Origin: Chthonomonadales bacterium
GTDB lineage: Bacteria > Armatimonadota > Chthonomonadetes > Chthonomonadales > CAJBBX01
DNA length: 64,000 bases
Direction: 5' to 3'
Assembly: GCA_037443035.1 (NCBI GenBank)
Contig: JBBIPC010000010.1
Span: forward strand, 1 to 64,000
Shown: piece after piece, positions 18,565 through 28,223 of the stretch
Position numbering within the stretch: the first letter of the stretch is position 1
How the letters are laid out: each line of letters begins with the position of its first letter
Translations under genes and position numbers: made by a program
The notes under the pieces: model-generated
Databases searched by the model: none
Seen by the model: only the letters and a program-made list of their open reading frames with translations
What the model was told of the DNA's origin: nothing

Positions 18565-19475
18565 GGTCCGCCTCGCTTCCGCCGTTCCCACTGTACCCGT
18601 AAGCTGTGCAGTCTATACCTTACGAGACGGCCTACTGCACGAAGCACCAGACCCGGAATGATCAGTGGGCGAACGTATAACGGCGTCGAGCGCCGGTAGT
18701 GCTTGCAGTAGAAACGATACATGCTCCGGTGAAACTCGAACGTCATGCGCGTGGGTACGAGGTCCGACGATCTGCCAATGATATGGTAAATCACTGCCTC
18801 CGGGTAATAGGCGACTTTGTAGCCCATCTCGTGGACACGATAGCACAGGTCTACGTCCTCGCAATACATGAAAAAGCTCTCGTCGAAGCCACCGAGCTCC
18901 AGGAGGATATCCCGGCGGATCATGAAAGCGGAGCCGCTGACCCAGTCCACGTCGCGAGGGGTGCTGTGGTCCCAATCGCTCAGCAAGTAGTCCGTGTTGA
19001 ACCGGTTCCGTGGAAAGAGCCGTCCGAGGGGTGTGTTGCGGAAAAAACCTGTGCCGAGATTCGGGAAGCTCCTGCAGGAGTACTGTAGGCTACCGTCGGC
19101 ATGGAGGAGCTTCGGGCCGAAGACGCCAGCATCAGGACGTCCGTCTGCGTAGGCTATCAACGTGTCCAGGGCGCCGTCGGTAATAACGGTATCAGAGTTG
19201 AGGAACATGACGTAGCGTCCGCCGGTGTGAGGAATGGCGCGGTTGTTTCCAGCCCCGAAACCGAGGTTTCTTTCGTTGACAATGACGCGCACCTCAGGAA
19301 ACTCTTGCCGTACCATGGCAACGCTGTCGTCCTCGGACGCGTTATCCACTACGAGGATCTCGACGTGCCGGCTCGGCGGGTGCTCGCGCAGCGAGCGGAG
19401 GCAGTTGTACAGATCGTCTCTCGTATTCCAGTTCAAGATTACGAGGGAGAGGTCTGCAGAGTCAGGAAGCCCCAC
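18561..19475 (-). CDS. GT2 glycosyltransferase (WbbL-like)
   Basis: VDNASED, NLGFGAGNN, FLNSD, GGFDESFFMYCEDVDLC. Confidence 0.92.
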   Translation of the reverse strand: MGLPDSADLSLVILNWNTRDDLYNCLRSLREHPPSRHVEILVVDNASEDDSVAMVRQEFPEVRVIVNERNLGFGAGNNRAIPHTGGRYVMFLNSDTVITDGALDTLIAYADGRPDAGVFGPKLLHADGSLQYSCRSFPNLGTGFFRNTPLGRLFPRNRFNTDYLLSDWDHSTPRDVDWVSGSAFMIRRDILLELGGFDESFFMYCEDVDLCYRVHEMGYKVAYYPEAVIYHIIGRSSDLVPTRMTFEFHRSMYRFYCKHYRRSTPLYVRPLIIPGLVLRAVGRLVRYRLHSLRVQWERRKRGGP

Positions 19476-20328
19476 GGAGGGTCCTCCTTCGTCGGCTGAC
19501 CATCCATGCTTGTATCCAGCTTGTCACGCGCGCCAGCCAGTAGACCGGCGCGTGCCAAGGCTTAGAGTAGTGTTTCCTGAGGAAAGTCAGGAGGCCGCGT
19601 CGAGACTCCCAAGCCATCGCAGGTGCCACCTGACGTGTGCTCGCGCCTCCGTAGTGGATAATCGCGACCTCTGGGACATAGACAATGCGCCAGCCGGCCC
19701 TGCGAGCCCGATAGCACCAATCCACCTCGTTGAAGAACACAGGAAAGCGCTCATCCAGCAAGCCGACCTGGTCCAGGGCCTCGCGGCGGATGAGCAGGAA
19801 TGTCCCCATGGGCTGGTCCACATCGCCTCGTCTGTCGTAGTCGAACCAGGGCATGCGATAGGCGGCAAGAACGTGACTGCGAGGGAAGAGGCGGGCAAGA
19901 CCGAATGCCTCGCAAGCGATAGCGAACGGCGTGGGAAAGCCGCGAATGGATTTCTGAACGCGGCCGTCTGGGTGGATCAGCTTCGCGCCGATCGCCCCGA
20001 TCGCCGGCTCCGCCTCCATGACCCGGAGGGCCAGGCTGAGCGCTCCCGCTGGCACGAGCACATCCGGATTCAGCAGGAGCACGAAGGCGCCACGGCTCAC
20101 CCGGATACCTTGATTATTCCCCCGCGCGTAGCCCGCGTTCTCGGTGTTCGAGATGAGGCGCACGCCGGGGTACTGAGCGGCGACGGCATCAGCGCTTCCA
20201 TCGCTCGACGCGTTGTCTACGACGATGATCTCGTAGTCGCACTCTGGAGGATTCTGGAGGATGCTGCCCACGGCGTCCAGCAGGTAATCGCGCGTATTCC
20301 AGTTCACCATGACGATGGAAAGTTTCAT
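19462..20328 (-). CDS. GT2 glycosyltransferase (WbbL-like paralogue)
   Basis: VDNASSDGS, NAGYARGNN, LLNPD, LDERFPVFFNEVDWC. Confidence 0.92.
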   Translation of the reverse strand: MKLSIVMVNWNTRDYLLDAVGSILQNPPECDYEIIVVDNASSDGSADAVAAQYPGVRLISNTENAGYARGNNQGIRVSRGAFVLLLNPDVLVPAGALSLALRVMEAEPAIGAIGAKLIHPDGRVQKSIRGFPTPFAIACEAFGLARLFPRSHVLAAYRMPWFDYDRRGDVDQPMGTFLLIRREALDQVGLLDERFPVFFNEVDWCYRARRAGWRIVYVPEVAIIHYGGASTRQVAPAMAWESRRGLLTFLRKHYSKPWHAPVYWLARVTSWIQAWMVSRRRRTLRGAS

Positions 20329-22502
20329 GCGTCGGACGCCGGCCAACCGTACAGACGCGCTGCGTTACCGTGCAGGCAGCCTTCCGCCACATCCCTTGCG
20401 TGCCGCTCCGTGAGGGTCCCGTCCTCGACGCGCCGCGATAGCACGTCGTGAAGGACCTGCCGCACGGCCATGGACGAACCGACCGCCATTTCTATGGAGG
20501 TTGCGTCGTGACCGCACATGATCTTGTGCGACGGAACCAGGCCAATCCAGCCGTCTAGAGCTTCGTGTAGGTAATCGGGATTCAGGACGGCCAGCCAGCA
20601 CGTATCGATGTAGACATTCGGGTGCAGCCATGCGAGCCACCCGGCCTCGCGCAGATACGGCCAGCAATGCAACTGAACGATGGGCATGCTCCGGTACCGT
20701 GCGGCCAGGTCCGCGAGGGGTAGGGGAGACGAATGCGGCAGATGATGCGTGCCGACATGGATCTGATGCGGCCAGCGCCGGTCGGCGGCGCGTTTGCAGC
20801 ATTCGTGGACAACCCAGTCCTGAAACGCCTTCACCTCTACTGAAGTCAGGTCGCCCCGGAAGCGGATGGACGCATCCGCCCGCGGTTCGTAGTCTAGCGA
20901 GCGCGTATATGCCTGAAGTTGCTTGATGCCGAGGGCGCCAGCCTGCGCCGCCTTCTCCACAATGACATCCAGGAACCGCCTCCAGGATGCTGCGTCCGCT
21001 GGATCCACACCCACATCTCGCGCTAGCGCTTCTCTGCGTGGTGAATGAGGCATCCAGAACTGCAGGAGCGGATCGATGCGCAGGACGGTCCGGGTGAGCT
21101 TCGCCTCCGCAGAGACGTGGGCAGGACTACCGTCACGGTAGTAATACTCCGGATGCACTGGCCTGATAACCCAGCGAAGGTTCGCCGAGTGCATGCCACG
21201 CTCGTACCATCCGAAAAGGTCAGTGTAAGCTGCAGCAATGCGATCGTCGAGAGCGACAACGTCTCGGACGTGCTGGATATCGGTTCCGTAGAGTCTCCGT
21301 ATGCCCCTGCGAATCGCCTGAAATGTGCCCGTGGCAAGATGCACGCGGAGGTGGGCCTGCATCTCTCCCCAGGCGCGCTCCAGATCCCGTCCGGTGGCAG
21401 TGAGAAGGTCGGACACTCCGGCCGCTTTCGCCACGTCCTGTGCGCTGAAGCCTGAACTTGCAAGCCAGCCATGGAAGTAGGGATCCAGTATCAGGTCCAT
21501 CAAACCCGTGCGCCGCGTCGGTGTTGCGCCGGGGACGACGTCTGGGCGAAAACCTTCTGGCTCCATACCGAACGACGCAATGCTTCCCCAGTGCTCGTGA
21601 CTGCAGTAGCTCGGGACGTCCTCGTAGATTGTGGGCGTACCTCCCATCCCACGGTCTCGGAACGGGCCCTGCACCGTCCGTAGGTCGTCTGGGATTGCCG
21701 CATCCGCAAGCAAACTGGCACCGCCCATGGCGAAGAGAGTCCGCCTAGTCATGGCCTGCGAGGGGCACCCGTGATCATCCAGGAGGTCCTGCAGCTCCTC
21801 CACAAGGACATCGGGTTCAGCAGGAGCGAAGAAGTCTGGGCTCCGACCTCGGAGCAGGCCGATGGTGGCGCAGCCTGCCGCAATGCCCGCCTTCATGTCC
21901 ATCCAGTGATCGCCGACCATGACCGCGTCCGCTGCGGAAATGCTCTCCGGAGATCCTCGTCTTTCGGACAGCAGCTCCAGTGCTCTCAGCAGATGGTGGG
22001 GGTCCGGCTTCGTTCGCGCCACATCGTCGCGGGTGAGTAGGACGCAGCATGCCAGGTCTCCATCGGCAAGCAGCTTCTCGGCCACAGCTCGGGAATTGCG
22101 CGTAACGACCCCCACGGCTATGCCTGCTCGGTGGAGGGCATCTACGATCTCGCGAGCTCCTGGAATGCGCTCGGGGTTCGCACACTGCTCCCTTTCGATC
22201 TCCTCCAGACGCTCCAATGCGAGCTTCTCGTACGCCTGCGCAGCTGCCTCGCCAACTGATAATCTCAATTGTTCGCGAGCGGCTTGTACCATAGCGAGTA
22301 TGTCTAGCTCGACCGGCGGCAAAGGGTCGGTTCCCGCCTCTACTGCGAGCCGGAGCACCTCGCGCCGCATGAATCCAAAGTCAATGCGTGTCTCGATGAG
22401 AGTGCCGTCGAGATCGAAGAGCACTGCCCGCGCCGACACGAGGAGTTTCCTGGCGTGGCAGAGCGCCTCAGGACCCAGCACGGGTTCACGCGCCGGCCTC
22501 AC
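20325..22502 (-). CDS. HAD-family hydrolase fused to an amidohydrolase-family domain
   Basis: FDLDGTL, VTRN, KPDP and VGDHWMD in the N-terminal third; SHEH, QIHVG, LHC, YIDTCW and GHD in the remainder. Confidence 0.8.
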   Translation of the reverse strand: MRPAREPVLGPEALCHARKLLVSARAVLFDLDGTLIETRIDFGFMRREVLRLAVEAGTDPLPPVELDILAMVQAAREQLRLSVGEAAAQAYEKLALERLEEIEREQCANPERIPGAREIVDALHRAGIAVGVVTRNSRAVAEKLLADGDLACCVLLTRDDVARTKPDPHHLLRALELLSERRGSPESISAADAVMVGDHWMDMKAGIAAGCATIGLLRGRSPDFFAPAEPDVLVEELQDLLDDHGCPSQAMTRRTLFAMGGASLLADAAIPDDLRTVQGPFRDRGMGGTPTIYEDVPSYCSHEHWGSIASFGMEPEGFRPDVVPGATPTRRTGLMDLILDPYFHGWLASSGFSAQDVAKAAGVSDLLTATGRDLERAWGEMQAHLRVHLATGTFQAIRRGIRRLYGTDIQHVRDVVALDDRIAAAYTDLFGWYERGMHSANLRWVIRPVHPEYYYRDGSPAHVSAEAKLTRTVLRIDPLLQFWMPHSPRREALARDVGVDPADAASWRRFLDVIVEKAAQAGALGIKQLQAYTRSLDYEPRADASIRFRGDLTSVEVKAFQDWVVHECCKRAADRRWPHQIHVGTHHLPHSSPLPLADLAARYRSMPIVQLHCWPYLREAGWLAWLHPNVYIDTCWLAVLNPDYLHEALDGWIGLVPSHKIMCGHDATSIEMAVGSSMAVRQVLHDVLSRRVEDGTLTERHARDVAEGCLHGNAARLYGWPASDA

Positions 22503-24157
22503 TTTCCGAGTTCCGGCGACGGCTGGTCAGGCTTGCTCTCCGGAAGGAATCGCAGCATGGGCACCTTCTGCACCAGCCGCTCGTAATGTGGCAGAGTCCG
22601 CTTCGTGATGCGGCTCTTATCTAGTTCCTCTGCGAGCGGACCCGCCAAGTAGAACGTGCGTCGCCGATAGTTGTCCAGGATGAAGAGCTTCATCCGGCAT
22701 AGCCCATGCTCATCCTTGTTCTTGGCATGCAAGGAGCAATCCGGCTCTCGAACGATCACGCCTCGCTTGGCTTCTCTCTGGATGAGCCGCCAATCCCTCC
22801 ACTGGAAGTACGGCTCGAAAATGATCCTCACGTCGCGGCGAATGCCCTCCACGTTCTGGACATAGAGGAGGGCGAAGCCCCAGTCATCACCAGATGCGAG
22901 GATGATGCTGTTTGGCGCGGCCTTTTCGAGAGCAGCACGGCCCAGGCTGCCGATCTCCTTGAGCCGGCTCTTATCGTTCGTTCGGAAGTTCGGGATCAGA
23001 ATCAGCAAGACTAGACCGAGTGTCCCGGCCTGAATCAGCCTGCGAACACGTCGCATCTCGCTTCTCGTCAGCCGTGATCTCTGCAGTCGGAGCGCCAGTC
23101 GCTGTTCCAGTTCCCTCAAGCCAAGTCCAATCCAGAGGGCCACGATGACATGGGATGGTAGGTAATACGCTTCGGGATCGGGGATGTTGTACCAGAGTGC
23201 CCACCCCAACGGAATCAGGTAGGCGATGATGGTGACGAGGAGGTATCGCCGATTTCGACGGGCCAACGACCAAATACCGATGGGTGCCAGCCAGATGATG
23301 GCGATGCTGAACTGCGTGAGGAGATAACCATCGCACTTGTGGTCCTCTGGCCATCCTCCGTAGTTGTAGACGTTGTTCCACCAAGTCGCGAAGGTCTTGT
23401 GGCCCATACGATAGCGGTACTGGGCACCGGTGACGTGGTCCACGAAGTTGCTGAACGTCCTGACGTCACCCCAGTTCAGGGGCGGGTCGCGACGGGCTGC
23501 CAGTGGCAGGTACAGATACAACAGCAGCGGCAGGAACACGCCCACGCACACTACTTGCCACTGCAAACGCAACTGGGCCCTGTGCGGTGAGAGCCAGACG
23601 ATCAGTACATACGCGGGAATCCAGGTCAACGTCATGAGATGGTGCGTGAGCGACAGCCCAAACAGTACCGCCGCAACCCGGAGAAATCCCGCGTTGCCCG
23701 TCCGGTCCCAATAGACTAGGCAGGTGAGAACGGATAGCGTCAAGGCCATATGGAGGCCGTAGACCTCGGTGAGGACCGCCTGCCCCCAGAGCGTATCGGA
23801 GACCGCTATGAGTGCTGCGACAAAGGCGGCGATCCACCTCCGCCGGAGGAGAGCCAGGGCCAGGAGATACAGAACACCCACAGAGACGGCGCACGTTACC
23901 GCCGAGAGGAGCGTCGTGCGGAAGATGACTTCGCCGATGGGGATGATCCGAATGAACAGGTGAGCGAGCAAGGTATAGAGGGGATAGCCGGTGGGATGTG
24001 CCACGCCGAGCTGATAGGCCGCGGCTGCAAGCTCGGGGCCGTCGCCATAGGTAGCCGAACGGGCCGCAGTGCGGAGATACAAGGCGAAGGCCAGGCCGCC
24101 GATGACGAGTGCCCCGGACCACGGCCGGTCGAGCAGATGGCGTGCTCGTTGGGTCAC
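22499..24157 (-). CDS. DUF2723-like (TMEM260 / GT-C) membrane glycosyltransferase
   Basis: GDGPEL..AAYQLGVAHPTGYPLYTLL, W.QA...EVY, GLSLTHH, LYLYLP and LNWG motifs; multiple TM helices. Confidence 0.85.
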   Translation of the reverse strand: MTQRARHLLDRPWSGALVIGGLAFALYLRTAARSATYGDGPELAAAAYQLGVAHPTGYPLYTLLAHLFIRIIPIGEVIFRTTLLSAVTCAVSVGVLYLLALALLRRRWIAAFVAALIAVSDTLWGQAVLTEVYGLHMALTLSVLTCLVYWDRTGNAGFLRVAAVLFGLSLTHHLMTLTWIPAYVLIVWLSPHRAQLRLQWQVVCVGVFLPLLLYLYLPLAARRDPPLNWGDVRTFSNFVDHVTGAQYRYRMGHKTFATWWNNVYNYGGWPEDHKCDGYLLTQFSIAIIWLAPIGIWSLARRNRRYLLVTIIAYLIPLGWALWYNIPDPEAYYLPSHVIVALWIGLGLRELEQRLALRLQRSRLTRSEMRRVRRLIQAGTLGLVLLILIPNFRTNDKSRLKEIGSLGRAALEKAAPNSIILASGDDWGFALLYVQNVEGIRRDVRIIFEPYFQWRDWRLIQREAKRGVIVREPDCSLHAKNKDEHGLCRMKLFILDNYRRRTFYLAGPLAEELDKSRITKRTLPHYERLVQKVPMLRFLPESKPDQPSPELGK

Positions 24158-26133
24158 GGCGTTTCCTCCTCACCAATTAGCAGTCGCCGCCACTCGCGGC
24201 TCAGGCGCAGCCGATAGAGGTCAGCGCCACACGACACCCAGATGGTGTCCGGCCTCGAATTCCCAGGCTCGGCCGCTGCAACGTTCGTGACGTGAGCGGG
24301 CAGATGCGCTATCGTCAGGTGCGTACCTTCTTGGACATCCAGTGCAATAACATGCCGTTCGGCCCCATAGACGAGCCACCGCCGCCGATTGGCTGTTCGT
24401 AGCGTTGCCACACAGTTGGACGTGAGCTTCGGCGCAGATGGGAGGCCGTCCAGGTTGACGTGCCATGTTGGCGCATCCGCGGTGCATAGACGGCCTCCCA
24501 CCGACAGCACCACCCGTCGGCCGTCATCCGCCGCGGTCAGCACGCGCACTGTGGAGACACCAGATAGCTCCTGCCTGTAGATGATGGATCTGTTCGTGAG
24601 ATCGAGAACTCCGAACCTGGCCCACTCGCCTTTCTTGTCCGGCAAACCGTTGGCCCCAAGCGTGGTTCCGATGAATGCCAGACCCCCGTGTATGGCCATT
24701 CCCGCAATGGCCTGATGCCCGAGCGGGTTCTCGATCAGTTGCGTATCGCCGGTATTCAAATTCGTTACGGCTATCGCACCGCCGTACGTTCCGTAGCCCG
24801 CCATCCATCCTGAGTAGAGCATGCCATCGTCGCCGAGAATGATCCCCCCGGTTGGTCGTATGTATCCTCGTGAGGCTACTTCAGCGACAGTCTGGGGATT
24901 CGCATGCCCTATCTGATCCCACGGCATGCGGGGATCATAGCGCACGATCTCGCCTCCAGCGTAAGCCGCGGCGAAGACCGCGCCATCACGGAATGCCACG
25001 TCGTAGACCTCACCGCCGTGGTCGCTGATCGTAGCCGTGTTCACAACCTTGCGACTGGACGGATCATAGCGGAACAGGGTCTGCCCGAAGTGAGGACCTC
25101 CCCACACACGTCCCTGAGCGTCGCATCGGAGGAATAGCGTCGGTCGCGGGCCCGACTCCGTGGGAATGCGTTGCAGGTCCGCCCGGCTCGCTCCTCTCCG
25201 TACGACGAAGTAATCCTGACCCCGCACACCGGCAACGACTTCTCCGCTCGGCGATGAGTCTAGCCAACGCGCTCCAGGAATCGATACGTCGGCGAAGCGC
25301 TCGAGGGCCAGATCTCCCGCGCGGTACCGGTAGAGCGTAGTACCCTGCCACAACCACAGGGTCGTAGGGCTCGTCAGCGCAGCGTCCACGCTCCAACCTC
25401 CTCGGTCCGCAGGCGGCGTGGGGAAGGGAGGGGGTTCCGCGCGGCTAAGCTCGGGACCGGCGAACGCTGCACTACCGGCGACAAAGTAGCCATTCCAGAC
25501 TGCCCCTGCAGTGATGCCAGCGATAGTTCCAGGAGGGGAGAGGAAGGCCTTCTGAGATGGATCGTAGATGAGCGTGGTCGGCTTCTCGGTGCCAAAGCTA
25601 CAGAGGATGCGACCATCGGGGAGAGCACTGACATAGCGCAGATACATATTCGGTTGCGCCGGAGCTCCGCAGTCTTCCACGACAAGGTTGGCCAGATCCA
25701 GTGCACCAAGCTTGCCGCCAGGGTACGTGCCCCCGTAGATGCGCTTGTCCTTGCCGACCGCCAGGTTCCATATGTAGCTTTCGCCAGCAAACGGCACCGT
25801 GCCGACGAAACGGCGTCTGCGCATGTCGAAGACCATGAAACGTCCGTCATAGAACGTGCCGACGACGAGCTTGCCCTCTCCTGCGTCCAGAAGCGCCCAC
25901 GAGCCTTGTCCGGCGGGCGCTCGGTAGGACCTGGCAGCACCTGACGCCAGCTCGATGAGTATCAGCTCGGCTCCGCTGGTCTCGTTCATGTCCGCCAGGA
26001 CGAGTACCTCCTTGCCGGTTCGCGGGTCAACGATAACACGACCTGCTAAGACGTTATGAGCCCTGCAGGGACGGCCCACGAGCACGGGTCGGATCGGTGG
26101 CGGGCCAGATACCATCGTGGCAGGCAGCAGCAC
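24154..26133 (-). CDS. Large beta-propeller repeat hypothetical protein
   Basis: Repeated IYGGTYPGG / VWGGP / LYSG blades; GAGGAGG RBS before GTG 26133. Confidence 0.7.
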   Translation of the reverse strand: MLLPATMVSGPPPIRPVLVGRPCRAHNVLAGRVIVDPRTGKEVLVLADMNETSGAELILIELASGAARSYRAPAGQGSWALLDAGEGKLVVGTFYDGRFMVFDMRRRRFVGTVPFAGESYIWNLAVGKDKRIYGGTYPGGKLGALDLANLVVEDCGAPAQPNMYLRYVSALPDGRILCSFGTEKPTTLIYDPSQKAFLSPPGTIAGITAGAVWNGYFVAGSAAFAGPELSRAEPPPFPTPPADRGGWSVDAALTSPTTLWLWQGTTLYRYRAGDLALERFADVSIPGARWLDSSPSGEVVAGVRGQDYFVVRRGASRADLQRIPTESGPRPTLFLRCDAQGRVWGGPHFGQTLFRYDPSSRKVVNTATISDHGGEVYDVAFRDGAVFAAAYAGGEIVRYDPRMPWDQIGHANPQTVAEVASRGYIRPTGGIILGDDGMLYSGWMAGYGTYGGAIAVTNLNTGDTQLIENPLGHQAIAGMAIHGGLAFIGTTLGANGLPDKKGEWARFGVLDLTNRSIIYRQELSGVSTVRVLTAADDGRRVVLSVGGRLCTADAPTWHVNLDGLPSAPKLTSNCVATLRTANRRRWLVYGAERHVIALDVQEGTHLTIAHLPAHVTNVAAAEPGNSRPDTIWVSCGADLYRLRLSREWRRLLIGEEETP

Positions 26134-26371
26134 TAGACCGTGACCTCCTCTGGATTCCGGTCGGAGGAAAAGCCTCGCGACCGGATGATATGCTGAGGTT
26201 TCGTCATGTCCTAGCCACAGTCCTTGTCTCGGGCGCATGGGGGGTTGTGGGCATGTAGGACGGACGCTGACGCCGTGCGAGAACGTCCGACACGGAGTCT
26301 CGCCCTCTTCCTATTGTCGGGAACCGTACGCCAAGCGTACTATGCGAATGAGACCGCGAACATGCTGAATG

Positions 26372-26400
26372 TTGACAGAACCGTGGGCTTATGGTAGATA
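26372..26400 (+). promoter_or_regulatory. Putative sigma70 promoter of the pilus operon
   Basis: TTGACA-17 nt-TAGATA with TG extension; the -10 is imperfect. Confidence 0.45.
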
Positions 26401-26467
26401 CGTGTCCACAGCTACGGGCGTAGGTTCGCCTTGCAGCGAAATCCAGTCAGCATGGCGGAAAAGAGCG

Positions 26468-28219
26468 ATGGCAGCACAGCCACTACAGAGCACTCATCAA
26501 GGCGGCGGAGCGACGGTAGGCGCTCTCAGTGAGCAGCACTTGCTCCTGGGAGAATTGCTCGTTCAGCGGGGTTTGGTAACGGAGCAACAGGTTCAGCAGG
26601 CCATGGAAGTGCGCCTGCGAACCAACACGTTTATCGGCCAGATTCTGGTAGATCTCGGGTTCATCCGTGCTGATGTGATTGGACCCATCATCGCGTCTCG
26701 GCTGGGAGTCCGGTACGTAGATCTGATGACGTCGCCGCCCGATCAGGAGGCGGTCAGTCTCATCCGGGAAGACGTAATGCGAGCAACCAAGGCCATGCCG
26801 TACAAGCTCTACAACGGCACGGTCGAGGTGGCGATGGTGGATCCACTGGACGTTGCGGCCATTGACCGGATCGCTGCCCTTGCGGGTCGCAGGGTCATTC
26901 CGCTTCTCACCATGGCGGGCGAGTTCCAGACCGTTCTGAACGACATCTACGATGTGCAGGCTCGAACGAGCGGTGTGCTGCACGAACTCGAGGCGGAGGC
27001 CGCCGACGAAGAACCAGCGCCCGTGGCCCGCGCCATGCTGGCAGCGGCCGCCGAAGCGCCTATAGTCCGTCTGGTCGATTCGATCCTCGAGAGCGCTCTA
27101 GCGCTGAATGCCAGTGACCTGCATTTCGAGCCCATGGAGACGGGCCTGAGAGTCCGGTTCCGGGTGGATGGGGTTCTGGTCGCCCACACGAATATTCCGG
27201 TGAACCAGATCCCGGCAGTCATCGCCAGGCTCAAGGTTCTCTGCAACATGGACGTGACGGAGAACCGCAGACCCCAAGACGGCCGCATGCGGTACGACAA
27301 CCACGGAACGGCGTACGATATCCGTGCTTCCGCCGTCCGGACAGTCTTCGGCGAAAAAATCGTCCTTCGCATACTCGACAAATCATCGGTCCTGGTTCCA
27401 CTGGCGCGACTGGGACTGCTCCCTGATCAGCAGAAGGCGGTGGATTCGCTGGTACTGCGGCCCCATGGAATGGTGCTGGTAGTAGGCCCCACAGGCAGCG
27501 GGAAGAGCACAACACTGTACTCGGCCCTGAACATGCTGAACGATACCAAGCGGAACATCATGACGCTGGAAGACCCGGTCGAGTACAACGTGGCTGGTCT
27601 CAACCAGGTTCAGGTGAACCCCAAGATAGGTCTGACGTTCGCCAGTGGTCTGCGAACCTTTGTGCGTCAAGATCCGGATGTCATTCTGGTGGGAGAGATC
27701 CGGGACGAGGAGACGGCCGAGATGGCGGTCCAGGCGTCCCTCACAGGTCACCTGCTCTTGTCCACGCTGCACACGAACAGCGCTGTGGGCACGGTGACAC
27801 GCTTGGTCAACCTTGGACTGGATCCTTTCCTGGTCGCTCAAGCGCTCTCCGGCGTGATTTCCCAGCGGCTGTGCGCGAAAGTGTGCACGCAATGCGCAGA
27901 GCGTTACGAACCGAAACCGGAGGTCTTGAGAGCTGTAGGTATCGGTCCCGACGAAGCTAGTCGCATGAACTTCCGCCGGGGGAAAGGGTGCCGTGCCTGT
28001 CACGGTCGTGGAGTGTCGGGCCGAACCGGTGTCTTCGAGGTGCTGGTGGTGGACGAGGAGATCCGTGGCCTGATCATGAAGCAGGCTTCTGAGGACGAGA
28101 TCCAGCGTGCTGCTGTGGCGAAGGGCATGATAACCCTGCGCGAGGCTGCGCTGACCATCGTGCGTGCAGGTGTGACTACGCCAGAGGAAATGGGCCGCGT
28201 GGTACTGACGAGGATCTGA
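26468..28219 (+). CDS. pilB: Type IV pilus / T2SS assembly ATPase (PilB/GspE)
   Basis: MshEN-like N-terminus, ASDLHFEP, PQDGR, Walker A GPTGSGKS, RQDPDVILVGEIRD, TGHL..STLH, CxxC...CxxC. Confidence 0.95.
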   Translation: MAAQPLQSTHQGGGATVGALSEQHLLLGELLVQRGLVTEQQVQQAMEVRLRTNTFIGQILVDLGFIRADVIGPIIASRLGVRYVDLMTSPPDQEAVSLIREDVMRATKAMPYKLYNGTVEVAMVDPLDVAAIDRIAALAGRRVIPLLTMAGEFQTVLNDIYDVQARTSGVLHELEAEAADEEPAPVARAMLAAAAEAPIVRLVDSILESALALNASDLHFEPMETGLRVRFRVDGVLVAHTNIPVNQIPAVIARLKVLCNMDVTENRRPQDGRMRYDNHGTAYDIRASAVRTVFGEKIVLRILDKSSVLVPLARLGLLPDQQKAVDSLVLRPHGMVLVVGPTGSGKSTTLYSALNMLNDTKRNIMTLEDPVEYNVAGLNQVQVNPKIGLTFASGLRTFVRQDPDVILVGEIRDEETAEMAVQASLTGHLLLSTLHTNSAVGTVTRLVNLGLDPFLVAQALSGVISQRLCAKVCTQCAERYEPKPEVLRAVGIGPDEASRMNFRRGKGCRACHGRGVSGRTGVFEVLVVDEEIRGLIMKQASEDEIQRAAVAKGMITLREAALTIVRAGVTTPEEMGRVVLTRI

Positions 28220-28223
28220 GGCG

